A stretch of DNA of 62,925 nt, filler included. It is 3 parts of 3 records of this genome, joined end to end, with 100 filler letters (N's around TTAATTAATTAA, not from the genome) between each part and the next. Parts side by side here need not be neighbours in the genome. Positions count along the whole stretch, not along the records: positions 1 to 22,203 come from DRR723986_31425; positions 22,304 to 46,990 come from DRR723986_31525; 1 more part is not named here. One strand, written 5' to 3'. Both the position numbers and the translations under genes were made by a program. Each line of letters begins with the position of its first letter. The stretch's first letter is position 1. This document shows positions 21,187 through 31,124 of this stretch, piece by piece. The notes under the pieces were generated by a model that made no database searches, was not told the DNA's origin, and worked only from the letters and a program-made list of their open reading frames with translations.

Positions 21187-22203
21187 ATGTGTGGAATTGT
21201 AGCCTACGTAGGACAGCAAGAAGCTTTACCTATTATTATCAAAGGACTTAAAAGATTAGAATATCGGGGCTACGATAGCTCAGGTGTTGCACTATTAGAT
21301 GATAAAGGCCTTACTGTCTATAAAAAGAAGGGTAAAGTAGCTCAATTAGAAAAAGTTCTACACAGCTCCTCCAATTTAGAATCCAAAATTGGAATTGGCC
21401 ATACGCGCTGGGCTACTCACGGAGAGCCTAATGATGTAAATGCTCACCCACACTGCGGATCTTCACAAAAAATTGCAATGATTCATAATGGAATCATTGA
21501 AAACTACGAGGTTCTAAAGAAAGACTTGTCCAAAAAAGGATACACCTTCCAATCAGATACAGATACTGAAGTATTTATTAAGTTTATTGAAGACATTCAA
21601 TTAAACAATCATTGTAGCCTAGAGGAGGCTCTTAGACTTGCGCTTCACAAAGTAGTCGGGGCATATGCGATTGTTCTAATCAATCAGGATGAGCCCGACA
21701 CACTTATTGCAGCAAGAAAAGGGTCCCCCTTGGTAATTGGGGTAGGTGAAGATGAATATTTCTTAGCATCTGATGCTACACCAATAGTAGAGTACACGAA
21801 CAAAGTGATTTATCTGGATGATTTTGAAATCGCAGTAATCCGTAATAATCGCCTTCTTATAAAGAATATAGAGAATGTAGAAACCAATCCTTACATCAAT
21901 AAACTGGAAATGGAGCTGGAAGCCATCGAAAAAGGTGGATACGAGCATTTCATGATGAAGGAGATCTATGAGCAACCCAAGTCAATCGCGGATTGCTTAA
22001 GAGGTCGCTTGGATGCTAAAGCAGGGCGTTTAGTGCTTGGAGGTTTGCGGGATTATATGAATAAATTCCAAAACGCTGAGCGGATTATCATCACTGCCTG
22101 CGGTACTTCTTGGCATGCTGGACTAGTCGCTGAATATTTATTCGAGGAATTTGCCCGAGTACCTGTCGAAGTGGAATATGCTTCAGAATTCAGGTATAGA
22201 AAT
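21187..22203 (+). CDS. glmS: Glutamine--fructose-6-phosphate aminotransferase (3'-truncated by assembly gap)
   Basis: MCGIV N-terminal Cys, RLEYRGYDS, GHTRWATHG, HNGIIEN, ACGTSWHAG, YASEFRY. Confidence 0.97.
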
Positions 22204-22303
22204 NNNNNNNNNNNNNNNNNNNNNNNNNNNNNNNNNNNNNNNNNNNNTTAATTAATTAANNNNNNNNNNNNNNNNNNNNNNNNNNNNNNNNNNNNNNNNN
22301 NNN
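22204..22303. other. Assembly gap with TTAATTAATTAA contig linker
   Basis: N-runs flanking a 12-mer (22248-22259) that has stops in all frames. Confidence 0.95.
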
Positions 22304-22355
22304 CCGACCAGATAAGCAAAGAATCTAAGGCACCTGGCATCATTGCGGATAATCA
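22304..22355 (-). repeat. Partial copy of dispersed ~110-nt element (copy A)
   Basis: CCGACCAGATAAGCAAAGAATCTAAGGCACCTGGCATCATTGCGGATAATCA matches 44494-44545 and 47091-47116. Confidence 0.8.
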
Positions 22356-22574
22356 CATTATATTTTTAGCAAATATTGAGTTTAACTAGGGAATACAGCT
22401 TCCATAAAAATCTTCTGAATGTAAATCAAAGTATTAATTCCCCGTCAGCGCATATTGTTTAAAAAAGAGCCCATTAATTGAAGCGTATCTGCTTCTGAAA
22501 GTGATCTTAATGTAAGACTATCAATAGTTACTTTGCAAAACCTCAGCGAGTTACCACGGTAAATATTTTCATAA

Positions 22575-22602
22575 AAAAACCACGAGATAAATCCCGTGGT
22601 TT
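22575..22602 (-). terminator. Intrinsic terminator
   Basis: AAAAAACCACGAG...CCCGTGGTTT hairpin after the DUF2911 gene. Confidence 0.7.
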
Positions 22603-22625
22603 CAAATTCATTTAAATTGGTAATC

Positions 22626-23138
22626 TTAAGAACCTAGCTTAGCTGAGGCTTTTCCATATTCCCATCTGATCTCAAAGCTTGAAGGCTTCACTTCATATAC
22701 CAAACGCTCTTCAAGAGTAGAAGTTTGTCCAGAAGGAACAGAAACTCTTAATACATCTTCAGCGGAATCATAATCAAATGCTCCCCATTGCTTAGCAACT
22801 TTGTTGAAGATAAAAGTAGAAGAAGCTTCACCTGGAATCACGAAGAAACTATAAGTTCCGGCAGGTAGTTTTTTACCTTCTACCATGATGTCTTTTGTAG
22901 TAGTGAAAGTAGTAGCTTCATTCGCACCTGCTCTCCATACTTCTCCTAGAGGGACCAAGTCCCCCCAGATCATTCTGCCTTTTACTGCAGGAGAAGAGTA
23001 ATTGATTGTGATTTTAGCATCACCTACAGTTCCTTCTGCGGTTTTGGCTGGACTAGCTTTCTCTTGTGCAAATGCCGCAAGACCGATAAAGGCCATCAGG
23101 GCTGTTGCTAGTAAAGTCTTTTTTAAATTCATTGTCAT
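22626..23138 (-). CDS. DUF2911 domain secreted protein
   Basis: Signal peptide (AFAQ); ASP, YSSPAVKGR.IWG, WRAGANEAT, LPAGTYS, QWGAFDY; start 23138 or 23132. Confidence 0.88.
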   Translation of the reverse strand: MTMNLKKTLLATALMAFIGLAAFAQEKASPAKTAEGTVGDAKITINYSSPAVKGRMIWGDLVPLGEVWRAGANEATTFTTTKDIMVEGKKLPAGTYSFFVIPGEASSTFIFNKVAKQWGAFDYDSAEDVLRVSVPSGQTSTLEERLVYEVKPSSFEIRWEYGKASAKLGS

Positions 23139-23210
23139 TGGTTTTAGATTTGCCTTCAAAATACGACTTTTTATCAAAATAGAACGTCTCTTATTCTATG
23201 AATATCGACA

Positions 23211-23294
23211 GATGTCGGATGTACGATGTTTTAAAGATGTTATGAATAACTCTAGCGCTACATCGGACATCCAACACCCGACATCCTACATTCT
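23211..23294. repeat. Inverted degenerate heptamer array (GATGTnn / ACATCnn)
   Basis: gatgtcg gatgtac gatgttt .. gatgtta, then acatcgg acatcca acacccg acatcct acattct. Confidence 0.75.
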
Positions 23295-23296
23295 TT

Positions 23297-24445
23297 TTAA
23301 ATCTTCACCCAAGCTTCCTTGGTATTACTTTCCACAATAGCTTCACCAATAATCAACTCTCTCAAGCCGTCAGCAAAAGTTGGGAAAGTAGGGGCTTCTG
23401 GCTGTTTGCCATCTCTGATAGCTGCATAAACTTCTTTGAAAAGTTGCTTTGAAGTATCAGGGAATCCCTCTTGGTGACCTCCTGGGAAGCTTACCAATGA
23501 ACGAGCTCCTTCATCCACCAAAGCTGGATCTTTCATTAAAATTGAATTTGCTTTATCTCGATGACCAATCCAAAGTTCATTTGGCTTCTCAGCATTGAAT
23601 TCCATATTTGATTTGGAACCAGAAATCTCAATATTCAAGCGGTTTTTACGGCCTGCATTTACCTGACTTACTACGATAGACCCTGTTCGACCATTGTCAA
23701 AGCGAAGCATAATTGTAGCGTAATCTTCAGAGGTTACTTCATATTCTTCATAATCCTTAGGATCAAGCGCTTTTCCAGAGAAGGACTCCACAGCTTTTAA
23801 TGGTTTCAAACGAGTAGGATGGACGATAGAGAAATCAGCCATAACAGCAGTGATTTTCAAACCAGTCACATATTCAGTCATATCCAACAAATGAGAACCT
23901 ATATCAGCTACTACTCTAGAACCACCTGACTGCTTAGGATCTAATCTCCAGCTATAGTCAGTTTTGTGAATTAGCCAATCCTGAAGGTAGGAACCCATTA
24001 CTGAGTACACATCTCCCAATTCACCTTTTTGACGCATTACTCGCATCTGGCGAACCATCGGATAATATCTCAAATTGAAGTGAACTGCGTTGATTAATCC
24101 TGTTTCTTTCGCCACCTTCACAAGCTCTTCTGCTTCTTCAATTGTCATCGACAAAGGTTTTTCACAAACCACATGCTTGCCTGCTAGCATACATGCTTTT
24201 GCCTGCGGAAAGTGAAGGAAGTTAGGAGTACAGATGTGTACTACATCGATGCTTTCATCTTTCAACATATTATCAAAAGTGTAAGCATTTGGGATTCCAA
24301 GCTCTGCGGCTTTGGCATCTGCCACTTCCTGATTTACTTCTACAAGGCCAGTTACCTCGATGTTAGGAATTCTTCTAAGTGCTTCTAAATGAGCTGGGCC
24401 GATAAATCCGGTTCCCACGATAGCTGCTTTGATAGTCTGAGCCAT
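23297..24445 (-). CDS. Gfo/Idh/MocA family oxidoreductase
   Basis: GTGFIG, ICTPNFLH, CEKP, DIGSH motifs. Confidence 0.92.
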   Translation of the reverse strand: MAQTIKAAIVGTGFIGPAHLEALRRIPNIEVTGLVEVNQEVADAKAAELGIPNAYTFDNMLKDESIDVVHICTPNFLHFPQAKACMLAGKHVVCEKPLSMTIEEAEELVKVAKETGLINAVHFNLRYYPMVRQMRVMRQKGELGDVYSVMGSYLQDWLIHKTDYSWRLDPKQSGGSRVVADIGSHLLDMTEYVTGLKITAVMADFSIVHPTRLKPLKAVESFSGKALDPKDYEEYEVTSEDYATIMLRFDNGRTGSIVVSQVNAGRKNRLNIEISGSKSNMEFNAEKPNELWIGHRDKANSILMKDPALVDEGARSLVSFPGGHQEGFPDTSKQLFKEVYAAIRDGKQPEAPTFPTFADGLRELIIGEAIVESNTKEAWVKI

Positions 24446-24591
24446 AGGTTTTTTAGGTTGTTTTTTGTTTTATTTCAAAATGTCAAATTAGGAAAAATGC
24501 CTCAAAACATTCCCATTACAGGAAAGTGATTTCAGGTTAGACTTTTTTTGATTTCTGGAAAAGCCCTAGAAATAGGATAAGAATGAAAATT

Positions 24592-25764
24592 CTATTGCTT
24601 GGAAATCATCGTATTAGAAATCGAGGAGGGTTCTAACCACCATCTTCTTCCGGTCTGCAGATTTTTATCCAATTCAATAAATTCTCCAATTTCAGGAACG
24701 TAGATCGGCTGATTTATTTCTTTGGCCTTGGCAATAACCCGTTCTACAGGATCAGTCCAAGAGTGCATAGCCAGAGTAAATGCTGCCCAATGTATTGGCA
24801 TAAAGGTTTTTGCTTGTATGTCCTGAGCTGCTTGAGCTGTTTCCTCCGGCACCATATGAATATCTGTCCAGCGCTCATTGTATTGACCACACTCCATCAT
24901 TGCAAAGTTGAATGGGCCATATTTCTCACCAATCTGCTTAAAGTGCGGACCATATCCGCTATCTCCACTGAAATAAATATTGTCAGATTCTCCTTGAATT
25001 ACCCAGGATCCCCAAAGGGTAGAGAAACGATTGTTCAAACCTCGGCCAGAGAAATGTCGAGCAGGAGTGAGAGCTAGAAGCAAGCCATCCGCCTGAATCT
25101 CATCCCACCATCCTAATTCATGGATTTTCGAAGCATCAACGCCCCAATCCTCGAAATGTGCTCCCATGCCCAATGGCATATAAAAAGACTTGGTCTTATC
25201 CTTCAACTTTTGAATAGATTCATAATCTAAGTGATCGTAGTGATCATGGGACATAATGATCATATCGATCTGTGGTAACTTCTCAACTTGTATTGGAAGC
25301 TCTTTACTGTAGCGTTTCTTACCCAAGAGCGGATTCGGAGCAGGAACTTCCCCAAACATTGGGTCTATAAGTATGGTCTTTCCATCGATTTGAAGCAAAA
25401 ACGAAGAGTGTCCAAACCAAACCAGACGAGTGGGATGATCTTTATTTACCAATTCCAGAGAATCCCGGTGCTCAATTGGTAATTCAAAATCAGGACGTCT
25501 GGAAGGATCATTTTTGAAAAACTCCGGAAGCATTTTGATAGCTTCAGTAAAATCCATGTCCATGTTGGTGGGCATGAGATTACTGAATTTCCCATTTTCG
25601 AAATAGTCCAATTTTTCGTACTGAAGAACCTTTTCTTTGGAAGGATTTGCGCCAAATTGAGGACTAAGATTTACAAATAATATAACGACAATGACGACGA
25701 GGACTATGAGGGAAATGACGGTGATCATTAGATATTTTAGTGTGTTAAGGAAAAACTTAAGCAT
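24592..25764 (-). CDS. MBL-fold metallo-hydrolase (RomA/NAPE-PLD-like)
   Basis: WFGHSS, SHDHYDHLD, PARHFSGR, GDSGY, PIHW; N-terminal TM segment. Confidence 0.9.
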   Translation of the reverse strand: MLKFFLNTLKYLMITVISLIVLVVIVVILFVNLSPQFGANPSKEKVLQYEKLDYFENGKFSNLMPTNMDMDFTEAIKMLPEFFKNDPSRRPDFELPIEHRDSLELVNKDHPTRLVWFGHSSFLLQIDGKTILIDPMFGEVPAPNPLLGKKRYSKELPIQVEKLPQIDMIIMSHDHYDHLDYESIQKLKDKTKSFYMPLGMGAHFEDWGVDASKIHELGWWDEIQADGLLLALTPARHFSGRGLNNRFSTLWGSWVIQGESDNIYFSGDSGYGPHFKQIGEKYGPFNFAMMECGQYNERWTDIHMVPEETAQAAQDIQAKTFMPIHWAAFTLAMHSWTDPVERVIAKAKEINQPIYVPEIGEFIELDKNLQTGRRWWLEPSSISNTMISKQ

Positions 25765-26012
25765 ATAGAGCCGTAAAAGCGGGGATTAAACTATTGGCTT
25801 TAACTGAAATGAACTGTAAAAGGTGCGAGATGAGTGATTTTTTTATCGATTTTAAACTTTAATAAATGTGAGCTTTTTTCAATATATAAAGAGAGGTGTA
25901 CTTAATAACTCAGCTCCGCCACGAGAGATTTAGCCACTAATTTTATACAATCGGTTTCTATACTCTTCTGATTTTCTATAACTTAATCGGATAAAACTTA
26001 ATTAAAAACCCA

Positions 26013-26471
26013 ATGGCAATTATAAACCTCAAAATCAACGGAAAGGCTCATTCAGTTGATGTAGAAGAAGATACCCCTCTTTTATGGGTGCTTCGAGATC
26101 ATCTCGGATTAGTCGGAACAAAATACTCTTGCGGTGTCGCTCAATGTGGAGCCTGTACGGTCCATAGAAATGGAGAGGCAATGTTTTCCTGCATCACACC
26201 TGCCGCTAGTTTGACCGAAGATGAAATCACCACGATTGAAGGACTCTCCAAAAATGGTGATCATCCCGTACAAAAAGCCTGGGCTGAAGTGGATGTGGCT
26301 CAATGTGGATATTGCCAAGCTGGGCAGATTATGAATGCTTCCGCTTTTCTCAAAAAGAACCCAACTCCCTCAATGGATGAAATAGATGAAGCGATGAATA
26401 GAAATATCTGCAGATGTGGTACTTATCATAAAATCAGAGAAGCCGTTGCAATGGCTGCTAAATCCGAATAA
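26013..26471 (+). CDS. iorA: Isoquinoline 1-oxidoreductase alpha-like (2Fe-2S) subunit
   Basis: TKYSCGVAQCGACTV, QCGYCQAGQI, NICRCGTY. Confidence 0.9.
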   Translation: MAIINLKINGKAHSVDVEEDTPLLWVLRDHLGLVGTKYSCGVAQCGACTVHRNGEAMFSCITPAASLTEDEITTIEGLSKNGDHPVQKAWAEVDVAQCGYCQAGQIMNASAFLKKNPTPSMDEIDEAMNRNICRCGTYHKIREAVAMAAKSE

Positions 26472-26473
26472 TC

Positions 26474-28639
26474 ATGGCTACACTGACAAAAACTAACAGA
26501 AGAGACTTCCTTAAAATAGCCGGAACTACGGCTGGAGGTCTATTTATTGGCTTTAATTGGATGAGCTGCGATTCGCCAAAAATGGATGTGCTCAACACTG
26601 AAGAAGTACTCGCAAATGCCAAGAATTTCAATGCATTTTTGAGTATTGCACCTAGTGGAGATATAGTGATTTATTCCCCTAATCCTGAATTGGGGCAAAA
26701 TATTAAGACCTCATTCCCGATGGTAGTAGCTGAAGAATTGGACGCAGATTGGAGTAAAGTAAGAGTGCTTCAGGCAAATCTCGATACAGATAAGTATGAA
26801 CGACAATTAACTGGTGGCTCTGGAGCTATGCCTCATTCATGGGAGCGGCTTCGCAAAGCCGGGGCTACAGCTAAATTTCTTTTGGTAGCTGCTGCTGCGA
26901 AAAAATGGGAGGTTTCAGCTGACGAGTTGAGTACATCTGAAGGCATTATTTACCACAAAGCCAGCGGAAAGAAAATAGGTTATGGAGAAGTAGCTAATGA
27001 TGCAGCTTTGTTGACTGCACCTGAAGAGATTACCTTAAAGGATAAGAAAGATTTTAAAATCATAGGCACACCAGTAAAGAATGTTGAAAATGATGCAATT
27101 TTCACTGGAGAGCCACTTTTCGGATTGGACTTCTACAGACAGGGGATGCTACATGCGATGATTCAGCGGGCACCTTTTGGGATGAAAATCAAATCCATTG
27201 ATGATGCTGCAGCTAGAAATGTAGCTGGTGTTAAAGATGTGGTAACTTTTGAAAATAGCGTGGCAGTGGTCGGAACGTCTACTTGGTCGCTGATGAAAGC
27301 AAAGAAGCTCTTAAAAGTGGAGTATGAGGCAGATGGAAAAGTAGAGAGTTCGACAGATCACGATCAGATTTTCAAAGATCTACTTGCAAATGGAAAGGCT
27401 GAAGTAAAGCGGGAAGACGGAAATGTTCAAGCTGCTTTCAAAAATGCCGCACAAGTTGTCACTGCTGAATATCAGTGTCCTTTCCTTTCACATTCGCCTA
27501 TGGAACCAATGAATTTCTTTGCGCATGTGCAAGCAGACAAAGTGGAGTTGATAGGACCAACACAAACTCCTGAAAGTGCCAGAAGGGCTGCTGCAGAAGT
27601 TACTGGAATTGCTCCTGAGAATATTTCAGTAGAAATCACCCGATTAGGTGGTGGATTTGGAAGAAGACTTCGCGCAGATTATGTATCTGAAGCTGTTCAC
27701 GTTTCCAAAATGATGAATGCTCCAGTGAAACTTACATGGAGCAGAGAAGATGACCTGACTGGAGGAGCTTACCGGCCAGCTGTTCGCTATAGATTTGAAG
27801 CGGCATTGGATACAGACGGAAATTTGATTGGCTACAAACTCAGAGGAGTAGGTATGAATGCCGGTAACAGTACTCGTGAAACTAATTTTCCGGCTGGGGC
27901 AGTTGATAACCTTCTGATCGAGAATGTCAATTATGAATCATCCATTACTACAAATGCTTGGAGAGCTCCGATTACCAATTTCTTGGCTTACGCGGAGCAG
28001 TCATTTTTGGATGAAGTTGCCTTTGCTGCCAAAAAAGATCCTGTGGAATTCAGAATGGAATTGTTCCAAAAAGCCAAAGCAAATCCTGTAGGTGGAGAAC
28101 TTCGCTATGATGTGGACCGAATGATTGGAGTTACAAAAATGGCTGCAGAGAAATCAAATTGGGGTAAAAACCCGAATGTTAAACAAGGCTTCTCTGTCTA
28201 TTTTTCACACAGAACTTATGTCGCACAAGTAGCTGATATTGAAATAGAAAACGGTACTCCATCTCTAAAAAAGATTCATGTGATTACCGACTGTGGAATG
28301 GTGGTAAATCCTACCGGAGCTGACCACCAAGTTCGTGGTGGAGTGGTCGATGGAATGGGGCATGCGATGTATGGAAACCTAACCTTCGAAGGAGGACTTC
28401 CAACACAAACGAACTTTGATAAATACCGATTGATCAGAATGAAGGAAGTTCCTGCAGTGGATACCTATTACGTAGACAGTGGCTTTGACCCAACTGGACT
28501 AGGTGAGCCTTGCTTGCCGCCAACAGGTGGAGCTATCGCAAATGCTATCTTTAGTGCCACTGAAAGGAGATTGAGAAGTCAGCCTTTTATCGAGCAAAAG
28601 GAATTCACTGACCTTAAGTTGGGTATAAAAAGAGCTTAG
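26474..28639 (+). CDS. iorB: Xanthine-oxidase-family molybdopterin-binding subunit (IorB-like), Tat-exported
   Basis: RRDFLK twin-arginine; ELGQ, AEELDADW, TGGS, PMEP, LGGGFGRR, GLGEP. Confidence 0.9.
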   Translation: MATLTKTNRRDFLKIAGTTAGGLFIGFNWMSCDSPKMDVLNTEEVLANAKNFNAFLSIAPSGDIVIYSPNPELGQNIKTSFPMVVAEELDADWSKVRVLQANLDTDKYERQLTGGSGAMPHSWERLRKAGATAKFLLVAAAAKKWEVSADELSTSEGIIYHKASGKKIGYGEVANDAALLTAPEEITLKDKKDFKIIGTPVKNVENDAIFTGEPLFGLDFYRQGMLHAMIQRAPFGMKIKSIDDAAARNVAGVKDVVTFENSVAVVGTSTWSLMKAKKLLKVEYEADGKVESSTDHDQIFKDLLANGKAEVKREDGNVQAAFKNAAQVVTAEYQCPFLSHSPMEPMNFFAHVQADKVELIGPTQTPESARRAAAEVTGIAPENISVEITRLGGGFGRRLRADYVSEAVHVSKMMNAPVKLTWSREDDLTGGAYRPAVRYRFEAALDTDGNLIGYKLRGVGMNAGNSTRETNFPAGAVDNLLIENVNYESSITTNAWRAPITNFLAYAEQSFLDEVAFAAKKDPVEFRMELFQKAKANPVGGELRYDVDRMIGVTKMAAEKSNWGKNPNVKQGFSVYFSHRTYVAQVADIEIENGTPSLKKIHVITDCGMVVNPTGADHQVRGGVVDGMGHAMYGNLTFEGGLPTQTNFDKYRLIRMKEVPAVDTYYVDSGFDPTGLGEPCLPPTGGAIANAIFSATERRLRSQPFIEQKEFTDLKLGIKRA

Positions 28640-28641
28640 AA

Positions 28642-28873
28642 AGTATCAAGACGTTAGACATAAGTATCTAGATGCTAGAATCAAGTAACAGGATTAAATA
28701 ATCAAGAAAATAGATTCAAGAACTAAAAGAAAAGCACTTCCATAAATTTTTGGAAGTGCTTTTTATTTGATTTTAATGCCGCAAGTATTTTATCAATGAG
28801 ACTGTAATCTTTACTCTTGCCTCTCACTTCTTATGTCTTAAGTCTAAATACTTATGTCTTGCTACTTGATACT
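28642..28873. repeat. Inverted degenerate heptamer arrays (AGnnnnn x7 / nnnnnCT x9) around a terminator
   Basis: agtatca agacgtt agacata agtatct agatgct agaatca agtaaca (28642-28690) and complementary units at 28811-28873. Confidence 0.8.
28730..28764. terminator. Bidirectional terminator
   Basis: AAAAGCACTTCCA...TGGAAGTGCTTTT. Confidence 0.8.
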
Positions 28874-28877
28874 AACT

Positions 28878-29222
28878 CTAAATCTCATCCATCTCTCTCT
28901 CAGGCCAATAAGGTCCTTTGAGATTCATATTGACTCCTTCAATTTCAAAGGTAATTTTCATACTTTCCCGCTTTTGATCGTGGATAGCAAGGCAAGCATT
29001 GTAGTGGATGAGGTCAAATTCCAATTCGAAATCACCTGAGATTTCATCCTGGAAATTAATATCAGAAGCCAAATCCACCTTCTCGGTATGAGCACCTTCT
29101 TTCCTGAAATAATAGGAGAGAAAGATTCCCAAATCTTTTTGGTTTTCTCTTAAAACCTTCTTGACTTCTTCTGAAGTTGGCTTTTCCGATGAGGGGAGTG
29201 TTAAGGTCCATGATTCTTGCAT
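28878..29222 (-). CDS. Hypothetical protein
   Basis: 114-aa ATG ORF with natural composition, ending WPEREMDEI. Confidence 0.7.
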   Translation of the reverse strand: MQESWTLTLPSSEKPTSEEVKKVLRENQKDLGIFLSYYFRKEGAHTEKVDLASDINFQDEISGDFELEFDLIHYNACLAIHDQKRESMKITFEIEGVNMNLKGPYWPEREMDEI

Positions 29223-29326
29223 GGCTAAAATTAGTCAATTATTGTTTGTTCATCATTTAGCTGACAAGGTGAATTATGATTGATATATGTAATTCCTCAC
29301 GCTAGAAAAATCCCTATTTTGCACTC

Positions 29327-30481
29327 ATGAATTACCCGATTTACCTTGATTACAATGCTACCACTCCTTGTGCTCCAGAAGTAATTGAAGCTATGATTCC
29401 ATGGTTTGGAGAACATTTTGGCAATGCAGCGAGCAAGTCACATGCTTTTGGTTGGATGGCTGAAAATGCTGTAGATGAAGCTAGGGAAAATGTGGCAAAT
29501 CTGATTGGGGCACAGGCCAAGGAAATCATTTTTACTTCTGGAGCTACTGAAGCAATTAACCTTGCAATCAAAGGGACTTTCGAGATTTTCAAGGGTGAAA
29601 AGCAACACTACATTACCAGCCAGACAGAACATAAAGCAGTATTAGACTGCATGAAATCCATTGAGGAAGCAGGGGCAGAGGTTACATATTTGTCTGTAGA
29701 TAAACAGGGAAATATCAGCTTAGCTGATCTGAGAGCAAGCATTCTTCCGCACACCAAAATGATTTGCCTGATGTGGGCAAATAATGAAACTGGTATCATT
29801 CATCCCATGGAAGAACTTAAGGCATTGGCGAAGGAGAATAATATTATTTTCCTGACTGATGCTGTGCAAGCAGCAGGTAAAATCCCAATCTCTGTTGAGG
29901 GTGTACATCTGATGGCTATTTCAGCACATAAACTTTATGGCCCGAAAGGGATAGGAGCGCTTTATGTTCGTCATAATCATTCCCTCCCAAAGCCTTTAGC
30001 TCAGATTCATGGCGGAGGTCATGAGAAAGGTTTTAGAAGTGGAACATTGAATGTCCCCGGAATTGTAGGTTTTGGTAAAGCTGCTGAGTTAAGAATGTCG
30101 GAAATGAAAGCGGAATCAAATCGACTGGAAAAGCTTCGTGATCTGCTGGAAAGCAAACTATTATCACTAGAAGACACTTTTTTGAATGGAAGTCAGAATA
30201 GACTTTCTCATGTAACAAATATCGCTTTCGGTGGAGTAGAAGGGGAGGATTTGCTCCGCAAAGTTTGCCAGAAAGTCGCGGTAAGTTCAGGTTCTGCCTG
30301 TACCAGCATTTCCCCAAAACCATCTCACGTTCTACAAGCGATGGGTTTAGATTCAGACCTAGGAAGAGCCTCTATTCGTTTTAGCTTAGGAAGGAATACT
30401 ACTGAGAAGGATGTGTTGGATACTGTGGCTTGGGTGGAAAAGGTGGTGGGGGAATTGAGGGGGAAAAGTGGTAAAGTTTGA
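29327..30481 (+). CDS. iscS: Cysteine desulfurase
   Basis: YLDYNATTP, FTSGATE, NNETG, SAHKLYGPKG (PLP Lys), SSGSACTS (catalytic Cys). Confidence 0.93.
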   Translation: MNYPIYLDYNATTPCAPEVIEAMIPWFGEHFGNAASKSHAFGWMAENAVDEARENVANLIGAQAKEIIFTSGATEAINLAIKGTFEIFKGEKQHYITSQTEHKAVLDCMKSIEEAGAEVTYLSVDKQGNISLADLRASILPHTKMICLMWANNETGIIHPMEELKALAKENNIIFLTDAVQAAGKIPISVEGVHLMAISAHKLYGPKGIGALYVRHNHSLPKPLAQIHGGGHEKGFRSGTLNVPGIVGFGKAAELRMSEMKAESNRLEKLRDLLESKLLSLEDTFLNGSQNRLSHVTNIAFGGVEGEDLLRKVCQKVAVSSGSACTSISPKPSHVLQAMGLDSDLGRASIRFSLGRNTTEKDVLDTVAWVEKVVGELRGKSGKV

Positions 30482-30536
30482 AAGTTGTAAGGCTAGGTAA
30501 TCCAAACCTTGCAACTTTTATACTTTCCGACTTAAA
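30465..30536. repeat. Inverted degenerate octamer array between convergent genes
   Basis: aaagtggt aaagtttg aaagttgt aaggctag / aaccttgc aactttta tactttcc gacttaaa. Confidence 0.55.
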
Positions 30537-30538
30537 AC

Positions 30539-31120
30539 CTAAAGGTTCAAGTCCCTCAAATCCTCTTCCGTATCAATATCTACTTTGCCTTTAGTGAAAG
30601 TTACAGTGACCATATCATCTTCGTGCGCCATTGCAATTTTCTTCGCACCTTCATCACCTTTAAGCTCCATCAATTCTTTGAAATAAGCCTTTCCAAATAG
30701 AATAGGAACGCCAAATGTCTTGGAATATGCACAGGCTACAATGCCCTTTTCTTCCTTCTTCTGAGTCGCAATAAGCTTATTTAGGATCTTCGCATCCACA
30801 AAAGGCTGATCGCAAAGCATTATAATCACTTGATCAGGCTTGTCGAACTTCAACATGTATTCAAGTCCAACTTTTATGCTGGATGACATGCCTTTTTCGA
30901 AGTGTTGATTAGGAATATTAGGAATGCTTGCTCCTGGGAAAGTCTTCTTGATTTCGTCACGGTTTGCACCCAACACCAAAACTCTTTTATCCACTTTAGC
31001 ATCATTTGCAGCATCAATAGCAAGTTGAAGCAAGGTCTTTTCCTTATATTTTGCTATCTGTTTTGGATAGCCAAGTCTGGTTGATTCTCCTGCTGCTAGT
31101 ATGATGATTCCTGTTTTCAT
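30539..31120 (-). CDS. mocA: Molybdenum cofactor cytidylyltransferase-like NTP transferase
   Basis: ILAAGESTRLG..K, GMSSSI, LCDQP, GDEGAK, DIDT; context with XdhC and Ior. Confidence 0.8.
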   Translation of the reverse strand: MKTGIIILAAGESTRLGYPKQIAKYKEKTLLQLAIDAANDAKVDKRVLVLGANRDEIKKTFPGASIPNIPNQHFEKGMSSSIKVGLEYMLKFDKPDQVIIMLCDQPFVDAKILNKLIATQKKEEKGIVACAYSKTFGVPILFGKAYFKELMELKGDEGAKKIAMAHEDDMVTVTFTKGKVDIDTEEDLRDLNL

Positions 31121-31124
31121 GAGT

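Noticed and set aside
22204-22303. TTAATTAATTAA palindrome inside N-runs (also 47035-47046)
   Set aside because: Artificial contig-joining linker, not biology; the truncations of glmS and the M16 peptidase are assembly artefacts.
28642-28873. Possible CRISPR array
   Set aside because: Units are 7 nt with no unique spacers and there are no cas genes; no CRISPR array was seen in the window.
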